DNA from: Candidatus Moraniibacteriota bacterium
Lineage (GTDB): Bacteria; Patescibacteriota; Minisyncoccia; Moranbacterales; UBA2206
Assembly (NCBI GenBank): GCA_023261605.1
Contig: JAHFOP010000003.1
Span: 1 to 36,781, forward strand
Direction of reading: 5' to 3'
Length of the DNA stretch: 36,781 bases
Part shown: piece by piece, positions 9,701-19,230 of the stretch
How positions within the stretch are numbered: position 1 is the stretch's first letter
Layout: every line of letters starts with the position of its first letter
Made by a program: the position numbers and the translations under genes
The notes under the pieces: model-generated
The model's database searches: none
Told to the model about the DNA's origin: nothing
What the model saw: only the letters and a program-made list of their open reading frames with translations

Positions 9701-12700
9701 TCATACTGGCCGTGATTGTCCCCCCATCCAGCGAACCGAGGTTTATTCCATTGACGATGATGGCACCGTTTGAGCCAACGCTTCCTGTCCCAGTGACTGT
9801 GCTTGTTGCGGAATTGATATCGTCTATGGAATAGCTGACGCTGGCGTTGGCCTCCCCCGTCCCGGTGATTGTCACTTGGCTTTTATTGGAGTCTGTGATT
9901 GGATCAAGAAGTGTAATACTCGGAGCGAGAGGTGCCGTTGTGTCGATCACGATATCGCTGCTCTCTGCAAGATTGCTGGACAGCGTGAAATTGGTCATTT
10001 GGTTTTGAGCCAGATCCTTGATTATTCCGGAGACATTAGAAACGTTGAGATCAGTACTGTTTTCTCCGGCTTGGACCAAGTAGCTGCAGCTGGTTCTGTC
10101 AGAACTAGAAACAGTGAAAGCGCAGCTTCCGCCGCTGTTAAAAGTCACAGCCGCATATCCTGTGGTATTGACCGGCTCGGAAAAAGTGAAATCAACATTG
10201 ATTGATTCTCCCGCCTTAAAGCTTCCATTGGGGTGGCTCGAAGTGACGTTGGCGATAGTAGGCTTGCCGGTGGGAGTCGTGTCGATCACAATGGCTTTGT
10301 TCGCCGCCAGATTGGTAGCGGGAGTGAAATTGGTCAGAGTGTTTTGGGCTTGGTCTTTGATTGTTCCGGAAATACTGAAGGCGTCGAGATCAATGCTGTT
10401 TTCTCCGCTTTGCACGATATAATCGCAGGTGCCGAAATTGGAATTGCTGATAGGAAATGTGCAGCTTCCTCCACTGTCAAGCGTCACCGTTACGAGATTC
10501 GAAGTGACCGGCTCAGAAAAAGTCACATCAATGTCGATCAATTCCGGATCAGAAAATGTTCCATCAGCATGATTGGAGCTGACACCATTGATCACTGGCG
10601 CCGTCGTATCAATCACAATAGCTTTGTTCGCCGCCAGATTGGTCGCGGGAACAAAATTTGTCATCGGATTCAGCGCTTGATCATTGATTGTCCCGGTAAT
10701 CGCTTGCACATTAAGATCTGAGGATGTGTCTCCGGCTTGCACGACATAGTCGCAAGTTCCAAAATTAGAATTATTCACCGGGAATGAGCATGATTGATCG
10801 GTTGTTCCGGTTTCCAAAGTAACCGTAACATCTCCGGTGGAAGTGACGTTTTCGGAAAAAGTCACATCGATGTCAATGGTTTCTCCGGCTTTGAAACTTC
10901 CGTCGGCGTGGTTGGAAGAAATATTGGAAACGGTTGGACTGCTATTATCCTTAATAACACCTGTCTGGCTATTTGTCCCAGCATTTAAAGCCGGGTCAAT
11001 ATCTCTAAGATAAAGATTGAAAGCTCCATCACCCAGCGCATCCCATCCCGTTAAAGAACTAAGCGCGGTACTTCCGCTGGAGCAGCTTACCCAATTTAAA
11101 TTATCAATAGAACATTCCGGATTAACTATCTCGTCATCTGAAAATGTAATTTTAGCGCCATCACCCGCTCTCACCCCCGCAGTCGGATAAGTGATATTAA
11201 CCGTCGGCGCCGTCGTGTCAATTACGATATTTTTATTTTGGTTTAAGTTAGTCGCGGGAACAAAATTTGTCATCGGATTCAGCGCTTGATCATTGATTGT
11301 CCCGGTAATCGCTTGCACATTAAGATCTGAGGATGTGTCTCCGGCTTGCACGACATAGTCGCAAGTTCCAAAATTAGAATTATTCACCGGGAATGAGCAT
11401 GATTGATCGGTTGTTCCGGTTTCCAAAGTAACCGTAACATCTCCGGTGGAAGTGACGTTTTCGGAAAAAGTCACATCGATGTCAATGGTTTCTCCGGCTT
11501 TGAAACTTCCGTCGGCGTGGTTGGAAGAAATATTGGAAACGGTTGGCGTGGCATTATCCACGTTAAGTTGCCCAACATTTACATAAGCAACATTGTTCGC
11601 ATTGTCAGTCGCCGCAACGCAAAGATAATCCGAGTGGTCACCGGTAATATTGAAATTGATGCCGCTGGAAAAAGAATTATTTATCGTATCGTTTTCATCA
11701 CAAATATTATTCAAACTAAAACCGTAAAATTGCGAAGCCACTCCTGTTCCTCCAACGTCACTCACGGTCAAGTTTATCGTGTCTGTTTTAGCAGACGATC
11801 CAGACACCCCATCATTTATGACAAAGGTCGGGATGACCGTGTCAATAATGAAAGTGTCTACGTTATTATTATCATCCATTGTGTTTCCGGCTAAATCTTT
11901 TGCTCCGCTTATTTTGAGAGTTGCCGTTCCATTGGCATCCCCAGACACAACATTGATTGTTCCTGACCAATGCGTTGAATCAGTATAACCCCCTGTTACG
12001 GGGAGATTGTTCGTGTCATTTTTTTCAATAGTCGCCGTTAAAGAAACGGACTGATCCATTGGATTATCAAAAGTTAGAGAAACATTGACTACTCCCGCCT
12101 TAGCATTATCCGGACTTACTAGCCCACTGATTATCACTGGCTTAATTGTATCGGTGTAGGCCGCCCTGGACGCTTCATCAGTTGGATTGACGTCAGTCGA
12201 AGTGTTACTAAGAACATCCGTTCCGGTAAGTTTAATGTTTTCCAGCGAAGTCCCCGAGGCACTGGCATCATAAATGATATCTCTCGAATATCTATAATCG
12301 TTATTACTAATCAGAGTAGTTGGTAATGATACTACATCATTACCAGTTCCTTCCGCATCAATGCTGATTGTTGGAGCACCATTCAATGCTTCGTTGGCGC
12401 TGATTTTTAAATAGTAAGTTCCGGCTTTAAGTTCCGGATTATCGCCCAGTGAATTCAATAAATCAAAATCGGAATAATATTGAACGGAAAAAGTCGGGCC
12501 GGTCGTATCTTTACTGACGGTATCATTTCCGCTAACACTCACATTCTGCGCTATATCCACCAGTGTTACTGTGGCCGTCAGTGTTCCATCATCCAATCCT
12601 GCGACACTTATCCCCGTAATGTCAGTTGAGCCATCCGGCTCTATGATATCTGAATTTCCCGCAACCGGATTGGTAAAAGTATTTCCTACATCATCGATAG

Positions 12701-14534
12701 AATAATGAATGGTCGCCCCCACCTCTCCACTAACACGAAGTGTAACATTGTTTTTATTCGCATTATTTATTGGATCAGTCATAAATTGCACCACACTAGG
12801 CTGATCCGGAGCAATAGTGTCAATTATAATCGCAGAACCATCGGAAATGTTGGTGACCGGCAGAGATGTCCCCAACTGTTCATTTCCCGCCATATCAATC
12901 GCGCTTTGATTTCCAATTGTCGCCACTCTCAAATCAGAACTGTTTTCTCCGGAACCTGTCGCGCCCACGACATAGCTGCCGCTAAGTTTATTGCCGGAAA
13001 CAATGGCAGAAAGAGTCATTTCTTTTCCCGAATCAAGCGTTACTGTAATGTTTGATCCATCAGCTAAATCTTCACTGGCGCCATAAGTCGCAGTAATGTT
13101 TATCGCGCTTCCTGGCCCATAAATATTGTCCGGCGAAGTGGAGGTGAAAGAAACTAATTGTGGAGCAGAAGTATCAAAAGTAACACCCGTTCTATCTATC
13201 TGATTAGCAGTGTTACCTGAAATATCCGCCCCACTGAAACTAAACGTATAGACCGTCCCGTCAACCAAGGAAACTTCTCCGCCTTGACAATTAGTGGTAT
13301 CGAAATTATTATGCGCTCCACTATTCAGAGCTGTTCCAATCAATACGCAGGTATGAGAAGGAGTCGGATCAGCAGCGCCGCCAGTCCTAGTTATAACAAT
13401 CGAGGCGCTATTCAACGTTTCAGAAAGCGTATAGGAAATATCTGAGTTTGCAGAAAGACTGTTCATGAATGATGATACTCCCGGCGAAACACCAGAAAAA
13501 ATCGGTGCCACTGTGTCCACTAAAATATCAGAAACCAGATGGATGTTACCGCTTGGCATAGTAATTCCCGTATGACAATAATTATTGGAGTCACAAACGT
13601 TTTGTGAAATCAACGAAGAAACTCTCAAGTCAACGGAATTTTCTCCGGAACCGGTTGCGCCAACTGTGTATGTTCCGGATAAAGTATTTGTGCCGACCGT
13701 GTTCAAAACAACTTCCACGCCTGTATCCAAAAGTACTGTCGCTGTTGAGGAGGCGCCTAGATTATTAGAGGCGCTGTCAACGTAGTTGGCTGTAATGTTT
13801 ATTTCATCCCCCGGACCATACGAGCCACTGGGACTAGATGAAGAAAAAGAAACCAAATAGGGCGCGCCAGTAGTGAAAGTCGAGTCGATTCCATAAAATG
13901 TAAAATTGCCGTAAATATCTTTCACCCTTGGCATATAATGTTTAACTGTTCCAGCGGAAAGACCGGCGATGGTCATGCTATGACTGGTGGTTGGAGTCTC
14001 CTCATCTCCAATTAATTGTCCATAATCGCTGGTTGATCCATAGGCCACATAAGAGTAGGACGCAATATCTGTTTCCCAAGTAATTGTCGCGTAAGTATTT
14101 GTAACTTCCGCCAGTCTAACATTGCTAATGACCGGCGCAGCCGCTGTTGTGAAGGAAAAACCTATCCCTCCATTATCATCAATTGTTTGATCGCCATTGG
14201 AATCAGTCGATCTTACTCTAAATTTGTAAGAAATATTGGGGTCCAGGTTGTTAATTGTAATACTGTGTCCTTTGACATATGAACTGGCGTTGCCACGCGT
14301 ATTGTCATAATTAGTCGTAAGTCCATAATCAACAAAGGAATTGGCGTCAATATCCGTTGTCCAAGTAATAGTCGCACTGATGGTTGTGATAGCGGAACTC
14401 CCCGTAGCAGAAATAACCGGAAAAGCCGCTTGCGCTTTTTGCGGAAAAACAAAAACAACTAAAAACATAAGCCCCGTCGCAATCCACGCAAGCTTATTTT
14501 CTTTAATTTTAAATTGAATTATTTTATTTTTCAT
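6795..14534 (-). CDS. Giant secreted FN3/Ig-like repeat surface protein (2579 aa)
   Basis: Signal peptide ending AQA|A. FN3/purple-acid-phosphatase-N-like units (ATITWTTD...VDYG...H...L.P...Y.FRV) at both ends. Central Ig-like repeats (SSNHADGSFKAGETIDIDVTFSE) with Cys pairs. Amphipathic C-terminal tail. Confidence 0.85.
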   Translation of the reverse strand: MKNKIIQFKIKENKLAWIATGLMFLVVFVFPQKAQAAFPVISATGSSAITTISATITWTTDIDANSFVDYGLTTNYDNTRGNASSYVKGHSITINNLDPNISYKFRVRSTDSNGDQTIDDNGGIGFSFTTAAAPVISNVRLAEVTNTYATITWETDIASYSYVAYGSTSDYGQLIGDEETPTTSHSMTIAGLSAGTVKHYMPRVKDIYGNFTFYGIDSTFTTGAPYLVSFSSSSPSGSYGPGDEINITANYVDSASNNLGASSTATVLLDTGVEVVLNTVGTNTLSGTYTVGATGSGENSVDLRVSSLISQNVCDSNNYCHTGITMPSGNIHLVSDILVDTVAPIFSGVSPGVSSFMNSLSANSDISYTLSETLNSASIVITRTGGAADPTPSHTCVLIGTALNSGAHNNFDTTNCQGGEVSLVDGTVYTFSFSGADISGNTANQIDRTGVTFDTSAPQLVSFTSTSPDNIYGPGSAINITATYGASEDLADGSNITVTLDSGKEMTLSAIVSGNKLSGSYVVGATGSGENSSDLRVATIGNQSAIDMAGNEQLGTSLPVTNISDGSAIIIDTIAPDQPSVVQFMTDPINNANKNNVTLRVSGEVGATIHYSIDDVGNTFTNPVAGNSDIIEPDGSTDITGISVAGLDDGTLTATVTLVDIAQNVSVSGNDTVSKDTTGPTFSVQYYSDFDLLNSLGDNPELKAGTYYLKISANEALNGAPTISIDAEGTGNDVVSLPTTLISNNDYRYSRDIIYDASASGTSLENIKLTGTDVLSNTSTDVNPTDEASRAAYTDTIKPVIISGLVSPDNAKAGVVNVSLTFDNPMDQSVSLTATIEKNDTNNLPVTGGYTDSTHWSGTINVVSGDANGTATLKISGAKDLAGNTMDDNNNVDTFIIDTVIPTFVINDGVSGSSAKTDTINLTVSDVGGTGVASQFYGFSLNNICDENDTINNSFSSGINFNITGDHSDYLCVAATDNANNVAYVNVGQLNVDNATPTVSNISSNHADGSFKAGETIDIDVTFSENVTSTGDVTVTLETGTTDQSCSFPVNNSNFGTCDYVVQAGDTSSDLNVQAITGTINDQALNPMTNFVPATNLNQNKNIVIDTTAPTVNITYPTAGVRAGDGAKITFSDDEIVNPECSIDNLNWVSCSSGSTALSSLTGWDALGDGAFNLYLRDIDPALNAGTNSQTGVIKDNSSPTVSNISSNHADGSFKAGETIDIDVTFSENVTSTGDVTVTLETGTTDQSCSFPVNNSNFGTCDYVVQAGDTSSDLNVQAITGTINDQALNPMTNFVPATNLAANKAIVIDTTAPVINGVSSNHADGTFSDPELIDIDVTFSEPVTSNLVTVTLDSGGSCTFPISNSNFGTCDYIVQSGENSIDLDAFSISGTIKDQAQNTLTNFTPATNLAANKAIVIDTTPTGKPTIANVTSSHPNGSFKAGESINVDFTFSEPVNTTGYAAVTFNSGGSCAFTVSSSDRTSCSYLVQAGENSTDLNVSNVSGIIKDLAQNQMTNFTLSSNLAESSDIVIDTTAPLAPSITLLDPITDSNKSQVTITGTGEANASVSYSIDDINSATSTVTGTGSVGSNGAIIVNGINLGSLDGGTITASMTLTDLAGNESATGEDMATSQIVKPTITNVTSDHADGTFHAREVINVELTFSELVTSTGDVSVTFDSGGSCTFSVTDSDTASCEYTVQTGENSFDLNVSNISGTIRDQAGNAMINFVPTLNLANNKDIVVDTTAVILNSFTSTTSDNIYGPGSKINITANYSENVVNGSITIILNTGTEITLDTITGGKTITGTYTVGATGSNENTSDLAISSISSQTVCDINTKCVTDTLLPNTNISSTSDIVVDTVAPDFFDILPANSSNIQSVTTNSNISFSLSENISSGSITITRTAWLADPGSPHVCILQGAALLQGEHIVFDTADCQGGAIDLVPGAVYKFLFQGEDLYGNASKEDEITGVSFGIDNSAPVISGVATSNSTSSSIVITWTTSELSNSLVDFGTDTTYGKTLGNSNESKMEHSVTIDNLEPGTEYKFRVRSADSENNSSIDDNGGAGYDFVTPFLATISNMNVGEITSSSATVTWNSDSAAYSYIYYGTTEDYGMIIGKEETLTENHSITIAGLSPNTKYYFRARTKDLNGNFSLGTESEFTTLDGTASDALDTTPPTISGAKVSKGLNSSMLVSWKTNKICNGMVRYGLDKNYGQSMAEDATIYSTGKFSSNHEVALDNLLSNTTYYYSIVSYDSSGNIAVSSDKTFKTDALSTVSSVKVTDVTLNSATIVWETGDPTTSEVEFGLTTEYGQQKANVQKTNMHKIELIGLAASKTYHFRVRGENKDNNSVFSDDYIFATNDKPEIRDKSIGEVTDSRVTLKWTTNVETDSQVEYLNKNDPTDKGTQGLPDLAVEHNLTIEGLNQGSEYEIKIKGTDANKISFESEVFSVTTLIDKTAPEISQINSQASFISNKDEKVQSIISWKTDEAATSQVVFDTKKDSNNGDTLQKSMEDENLSTNHVVVLTNLKSAAVYYFRVISKDKNSNTSESEEFSLLTPRKQKSVIQLIISNFEDTFGWMQKMKL
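10642..11546. repeat. 296-bp apparently identical direct repeat (10642-10937 and 11251-11546)
   Basis: Offset of 609 nt. Identical at both ends and wherever compared by eye; the two encoded Ig-like domains are identical. Confidence 0.9.
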
Positions 14535-14550
14535 TATGAAAAAATTTCTT

Positions 14551-15771
14551 TTATTTTTGCTTTAGCGCCACTAACGGATTCAGTTTTGAGGCACGCAGTG
14601 AAGGATAAATTCCGGTAATAAGCCCAATGAACGTGGAAAAAATCATGATAAAAACAATAAACCAAACTGGCGTGAAAAACATTTGCACTGACTGACCACC
14701 TAACGCTTTGGCTAAAAAATTAAATCCATAATTAGCTAAATTCGTTCCCAAAAAACCCAGTACAATTCCACCCACTCCACCTAAGAACCCGATAAGAACC
14801 GACTCGGTCAGAAATAAAAATAAAATTTCTCTTCTAGAGGCACCAATCGATCGCATTATTCCGATTTCATTGGTTCTTTCGAGCAAAGAAATAGTCATTG
14901 TGTTGAACATCCCAATGGCAGAAACGGTCAGAGATATAATGCCAAATAGCGCCAGAACTATCTGGATGATGGAAAAAATCTTATTAGTTTCATCCACTGT
15001 ATCAGTCAGCGCCATAACGGAAAAACCTTGACTCGTAACTTCGTTCCTAATCGCTTCCAAATTCGATTGGCTTTCTATCTTTATTTTTACTTCATCAAAA
15101 TAGTCCGGAGCAATTTCCCGCGTCCATCCACTTGGAATGAATCCGGAGCTTTCCGAGGGATCATCCAGGATTCCACAAATCACAAATTTCATATCCAAAT
15201 TGACCATTTCATTTTCGAATAGAAGATCTTGCTTTTCTTTTTTCCCCGGACTTTCTTTGGGAATAACGAGTGTAATTTCCACTTCTTTGCCAAGGGCACT
15301 ATTAAAATCTTCGAATCCCAAAGAAGTTAAAGTACCGGTAGATAAAATGATTTTTGCTTCCTTATCCCCCACATACCTTTCGCCGCCAGAAAGTTCAATT
15401 CCACCAAGACGAAGAAAATTCCCATCCACCGAAGAAAGTTTGGCACTACTGGTAACGCTTTCAAATTTTAATTGAGCGGAAACAATTTGTTGCGGACTCA
15501 CCTCTAAAACATTTTTCATTTGAGAAAATTTTTCCACCATTTGTTTGTCTATCTTAATTATTTGAGGGTTAGATGAAGTCACGTCAATTGTCAAAAGAGC
15601 GTCTGATTTCGCAATTTTATCTAAAAGTATTTTTTGTAAACCATAACCCAAAGAAACCAGGAACAAGGTCGTGCCGATTCCCACGCTTATTCCAAGTACG
15701 GTTAAAAATGTTCGAAGTTTTCTTGTCTTAAAATTTCTAACTGCCAGTTTCACATTGTCCGTTGCAAACAT
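14551..15771 (-). CDS. MacB/FtsX-family ABC transporter permease
   Basis: RKLRTFLTVLGISVGIG N-terminal TM, an extracytoplasmic domain, and the FtsX motif GMFNTMTISLLERTNEIGIMRSIGA...RASKLNP. Probable start ATG 15771. Confidence 0.92.
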   Translation of the reverse strand: MFATDNVKLAVRNFKTRKLRTFLTVLGISVGIGTTLFLVSLGYGLQKILLDKIAKSDALLTIDVTSSNPQIIKIDKQMVEKFSQMKNVLEVSPQQIVSAQLKFESVTSSAKLSSVDGNFLRLGGIELSGGERYVGDKEAKIILSTGTLTSLGFEDFNSALGKEVEITLVIPKESPGKKEKQDLLFENEMVNLDMKFVICGILDDPSESSGFIPSGWTREIAPDYFDEVKIKIESQSNLEAIRNEVTSQGFSVMALTDTVDETNKIFSIIQIVLALFGIISLTVSAIGMFNTMTISLLERTNEIGIMRSIGASRREILFLFLTESVLIGFLGGVGGIVLGFLGTNLANYGFNFLAKALGGQSVQMFFTPVWFIVFIMIFSTFIGLITGIYPSLRASKLNPLVALKQK

Positions 15772-15793
15772 ATTTTTCTTTTTTTTGAAAAAG

Positions 15794-17215
15794 TTACCTG
15801 CCAAATTTAAGAAGCATCATCACTTCAAACTTTCGGGAAATGTTTCTCGCGCTTCTTTTGTTCATTCCCACTCCTCCGTTTTCAAAAGGACGATCCAGAT
15901 ATTCTTGAAATTCGTTCTTGCCTATTTTTGAAAGTAACCGATATTCAATTCCCTTATTCAAAGCCGCTACCTGACTCAAGGATAATTCTCCATTATATTC
16001 TTCCAAGAGAGATTTTCTCACTTCATCGATTGTTCTTTCAAATGAGCTCTTTTTATTTTCTCTAACACCATACGCTTCTTCCTGAATAAAATCAGCCTTA
16101 ACAGCCACCTCCTCAACAAGCGCGGAAAATTTAAGCGCCGTGTTTTTATTCAATCCCACTCCGCCACTTTCAATTGAAGAATCAAATATTTCAAAAAGCT
16201 CTTCTTGGCTGATCGTTTTCAACAAGCGCCTAGTAACCGCCGCCTCCATTATTTCAATCTCCCTGTAATCAAAGTTACTTAGAAGATAAGCCACCAACAT
16301 CTTAGCCTTAAAAGGAGCCATCATCACTTGCAGTTGCATAGAAGACAAATCCGGATAGGCTTGCAACAAAAGATCCAGCTCGGTTCTCTCCTTTTTTATC
16401 CCGCCATACTCATTTTCTCCGCGGATTATCTTTCTCTGTTCATTAATTTCTATTTTTATTATTTTTCCGTCTTTCATATAAACTATGCGATCGGCATAAA
16501 ACAACTGCTCGGGATTATGAGTTACCGCTACCACAGTTTTTTTCTCATGCAGATTAAGCGAATTGAAAATTTCCAAAACATTTTGCGCCGCCTCGCTGTC
16601 CAAATTACCCGTCGCTTCATCAGAAAGCAAAATTGGCGGATCATTTATAAGCGCTCTAGCAATTCCCACCCTTTGCTGTTGTCCGCCGGAAAGATCTTGC
16701 GGCAATCTATTTTCAAAAGAATCCACATTAAATTTTTTCAAAAGAATCCGACCATTTTTTTTTCTTTCCTGCGACCGAACCCTTTTGAAAATTTGTGGCA
16801 AGATAACATTATCCAATACACTTAGAGACGGAATAAGATTATACGTCTGAAAAACCATCCCGGTTTTTTTACGATGAAAGTTATTCAGATCGTTCGAAGA
16901 AAGATGCGCCAAATTTTGTCCGTCAACAAAAATTTTTCCCACGGTTGGAATTTCGAGCCCCGCGATAATGTTCAGAAGCGTTGACTTCCCCGACCCGGAT
17001 GGCCCAAAAAAAATAATATATTCTCCGGAATATATCTCGAGATTGATTCCATCCAACGCACGGGACTCATTGTTTTTTCCGGCAAAATAGATGACACTCA
17101 AATCTTTTATTCTGATGATCGGTTTTTCTTCAATTTCATTTTGGTCATCAGGAAGATCGACAGGAGGAGTTCCTGTATTTTTCAAATCAATTGTTGTGAG
17201 AAAAGGCGAATTCAT
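15794..17215 (-). CDS. MacB/LolD-type ABC ATPase with a ~210-aa C-terminal extension
   Basis: Walker A GPSGSGKST, signature LSGGQQQRV, Walker B ILLSDEATGNLD, H-loop VTHN. The extension carries two GGVG-containing repeats. Confidence 0.92.
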   Translation of the reverse strand: MNSPFLTTIDLKNTGTPPVDLPDDQNEIEEKPIIRIKDLSVIYFAGKNNESRALDGINLEIYSGEYIIFFGPSGSGKSTLLNIIAGLEIPTVGKIFVDGQNLAHLSSNDLNNFHRKKTGMVFQTYNLIPSLSVLDNVILPQIFKRVRSQERKKNGRILLKKFNVDSFENRLPQDLSGGQQQRVGIARALINDPPILLSDEATGNLDSEAAQNVLEIFNSLNLHEKKTVVAVTHNPEQLFYADRIVYMKDGKIIKIEINEQRKIIRGENEYGGIKKERTELDLLLQAYPDLSSMQLQVMMAPFKAKMLVAYLLSNFDYREIEIMEAAVTRRLLKTISQEELFEIFDSSIESGGVGLNKNTALKFSALVEEVAVKADFIQEEAYGVRENKKSSFERTIDEVRKSLLEEYNGELSLSQVAALNKGIEYRLLSKIGKNEFQEYLDRPFENGGVGMNKRSARNISRKFEVMMLLKFGR

Positions 17216-17313
17216 AAGCAAGATTTTTTCTTTTATTTTTGTTAAATATGGCCAAAAAAGACCTTCTCAATCAGCCGTTTATTTAAAGCTCAATATTAAT
17301 TTTTTCCTCACCT

Positions 17314-17326
17314 ATATTTTACCACA
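17314..17326 (-). promoter_or_regulatory. Extended -10 promoter element TGTGGTAAAATAT upstream of the ABC ATPase
   Basis: TG-n-TAAAAT pattern; the identical 13-mer occurs at 27157-27169. Confidence 0.5.
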
Positions 17327-17363
17327 AATCGACCGCAAAAAAAAGGCGAAGAACTCCCGAATA

Positions 17364-17396
17364 AAAAGCGGCTTTCCTTTCGAAAAAGCCGCTTTT
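17364..17396 (-). terminator. Rho-independent terminator after the DUF916 gene
   Basis: AAAAGCGGCTTT-N9-AAAGCCGCTTTT inverted repeat about 17 nt past the stop. Confidence 0.75.
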
Positions 17397-17413
17397 AATT
17401 CTATTTTTTCGTC

Positions 17414-19123
17414 TTATTTTTTTGGCTCTTCCACAAAAAAGTAGGTGCCTATTGGGGAAAGATTATAGATGACAATATCATCTCCCAAATCACTTTTTTC
17501 TTGCATTGCGATATCTTCCTTAGCGCCCAAGTCATTTTTGAGCATTTCCGCCTCTTCTTTTTTTCCAGTCTTGTATTCTATTGTTGTCGCGGCGTGTTCT
17601 TGATTGAAAATCTTATCAGAAAATTCAACTGGATAACCGATGAGCTCTAACTTCTTTTTCAACTGCTCACTTGATTTTTGATCTGCTCCTTCAGGGGTAA
17701 CAATAGACACATGCACGCTCGATTTTTTAAATACTCCCGATTTAGTTTTCTCCGCTGTTTCCTTAGGTGGCGTTTCTTCATTCTTAGGCACGGCTATCTC
17801 TTGGTGAATGACACTACCTCGCCTGAATCTTATTCCCCAAGCCGCCCCAGCGCCCACCAAAATGAAAATGAGAACAATCAGGAAAACTCTCATTTTTTTC
17901 AGTCCTGATTTTTTTGAGCGCTCCATAATCGAAGGGATCAATTCGTCCACTTCTCTCGCCTGTCTTATAATTTCAATGTTTTTCTTATTGATTGGAATGA
18001 ATAATTTTTCTCCCTCTTTTATTTCGAAGGGCTCTCCAATATAATTCAATTTGGCTATTTTTCTCCAAGGAACAAAAAATCTCTGGCCCAAATCAGCCAG
18101 GTTATCGCCTAGTTTCACCTTATAAATTGGCATTTTCTCTTTAGCCGATTCCCTGAAATATAAAGCAATTAATCTCGCTAAAATAAACAGAACCGCTAAA
18201 ATAATCAGCAAAAATATAACTCGATAAGGCACCACCCAAATGACTAAATCTCTTTGGGCATGCCCCACTCCCTCCTCAAAAAAATCAACATTAGCATGTA
18301 CCGTATACCTTCCAAAAAAAGGCATTTTTTCCCAAATAATCGTCCCTTCGTTTATCTCTTCGCGAGGAAAAATGTTTCCCATTTGCCGATTAGGCAGATG
18401 CGCCACTGTCATACCGAAAATATTTTTTATATCCAACGTGACATTGGGGGAAATTCTAACATTCCCCTTGTTTTTTATTCCGGTAAAAAAAACTGTTCGC
18501 TTGTTTATATCCAAAAGATCTTTAATGAAACTCTTATTTCCAGATGGTTCTAATCGCCAATCGAAACGAGTGACCTCAAAATCTTTTTTCACTTCGCCGG
18601 GAACCGTTTCATAGATTCTCACGCCCACTCTTGTGATAATTTTAACACCCATTCCGGTCGATGCGCCCGCGGCATTGTCCATTTCTTGCACTACGATTCC
18701 ACCCATGTGATCCCCCACATCGGCATTATCCGGAATTTTTATGATAAAAGGCACTCTCTTTTCTGATTTGGGTGGAATTTCCAATTCATTGGCCGACAAC
18801 TCAACCCAGCTCCCCACATCTCCCTTCTTATCATCTTCGCTCAAAAGAGCAAAGCTTCCATCCGCTGTCGTCGTTGCATCAACTGCGTACAGCTTGACTA
18901 TCACGGTTTCATCCTTATTGTTCAACACTCTAACGGCATCAATCTTATCACGACCTAAATCCAATTTATACATAAACCAAGAGTCGGAAAATTCGACATT
19001 GGCATCGGCATTCCCCGGCAAAAGCCCCACCGATTCTGTATTAACCGCTCCAGCAGAATAAGGAAAGAATAAACAGGCCAAAAAAATCAACAGGCCCACT
19101 TGGGAATTTTTCAATCTAACCAT
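17414..19123 (-). CDS. DUF916 (WxL-interacting)-like protein with LysM and LytR_C-like domains
   Basis: Signal peptide; DUF916-like region (VKLYAVDATTTADGSFAL...VPFIIKIPDNADVGDHMGGIV...RVGVRIY); TM; LysM (YKVKLGDNLADLGQRF...IAKLN...IKEGEKLFIP); second TM; LytR_C-like C-terminus. Probable start ATG 19123. Confidence 0.75.
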   Translation of the reverse strand: MVRLKNSQVGLLIFLACLFFPYSAGAVNTESVGLLPGNADANVEFSDSWFMYKLDLGRDKIDAVRVLNNKDETVIVKLYAVDATTTADGSFALLSEDDKKGDVGSWVELSANELEIPPKSEKRVPFIIKIPDNADVGDHMGGIVVQEMDNAAGASTGMGVKIITRVGVRIYETVPGEVKKDFEVTRFDWRLEPSGNKSFIKDLLDINKRTVFFTGIKNKGNVRISPNVTLDIKNIFGMTVAHLPNRQMGNIFPREEINEGTIIWEKMPFFGRYTVHANVDFFEEGVGHAQRDLVIWVVPYRVIFLLIILAVLFILARLIALYFRESAKEKMPIYKVKLGDNLADLGQRFFVPWRKIAKLNYIGEPFEIKEGEKLFIPINKKNIEIIRQAREVDELIPSIMERSKKSGLKKMRVFLIVLIFILVGAGAAWGIRFRRGSVIHQEIAVPKNEETPPKETAEKTKSGVFKKSSVHVSIVTPEGADQKSSEQLKKKLELIGYPVEFSDKIFNQEHAATTIEYKTGKKEEAEMLKNDLGAKEDIAMQEKSDLGDDIVIYNLSPIGTYFFVEEPKK

Positions 19124-19230
19124 TTTTTTAAATAAATAATTAAAGAAAAAACAAAACATGCGAACTTCTTTTCGCTAATTCAATTATACATCGGCTTTTT
19201 TCGTCTGTCCAATTTAAAAATCCCCTTGGC

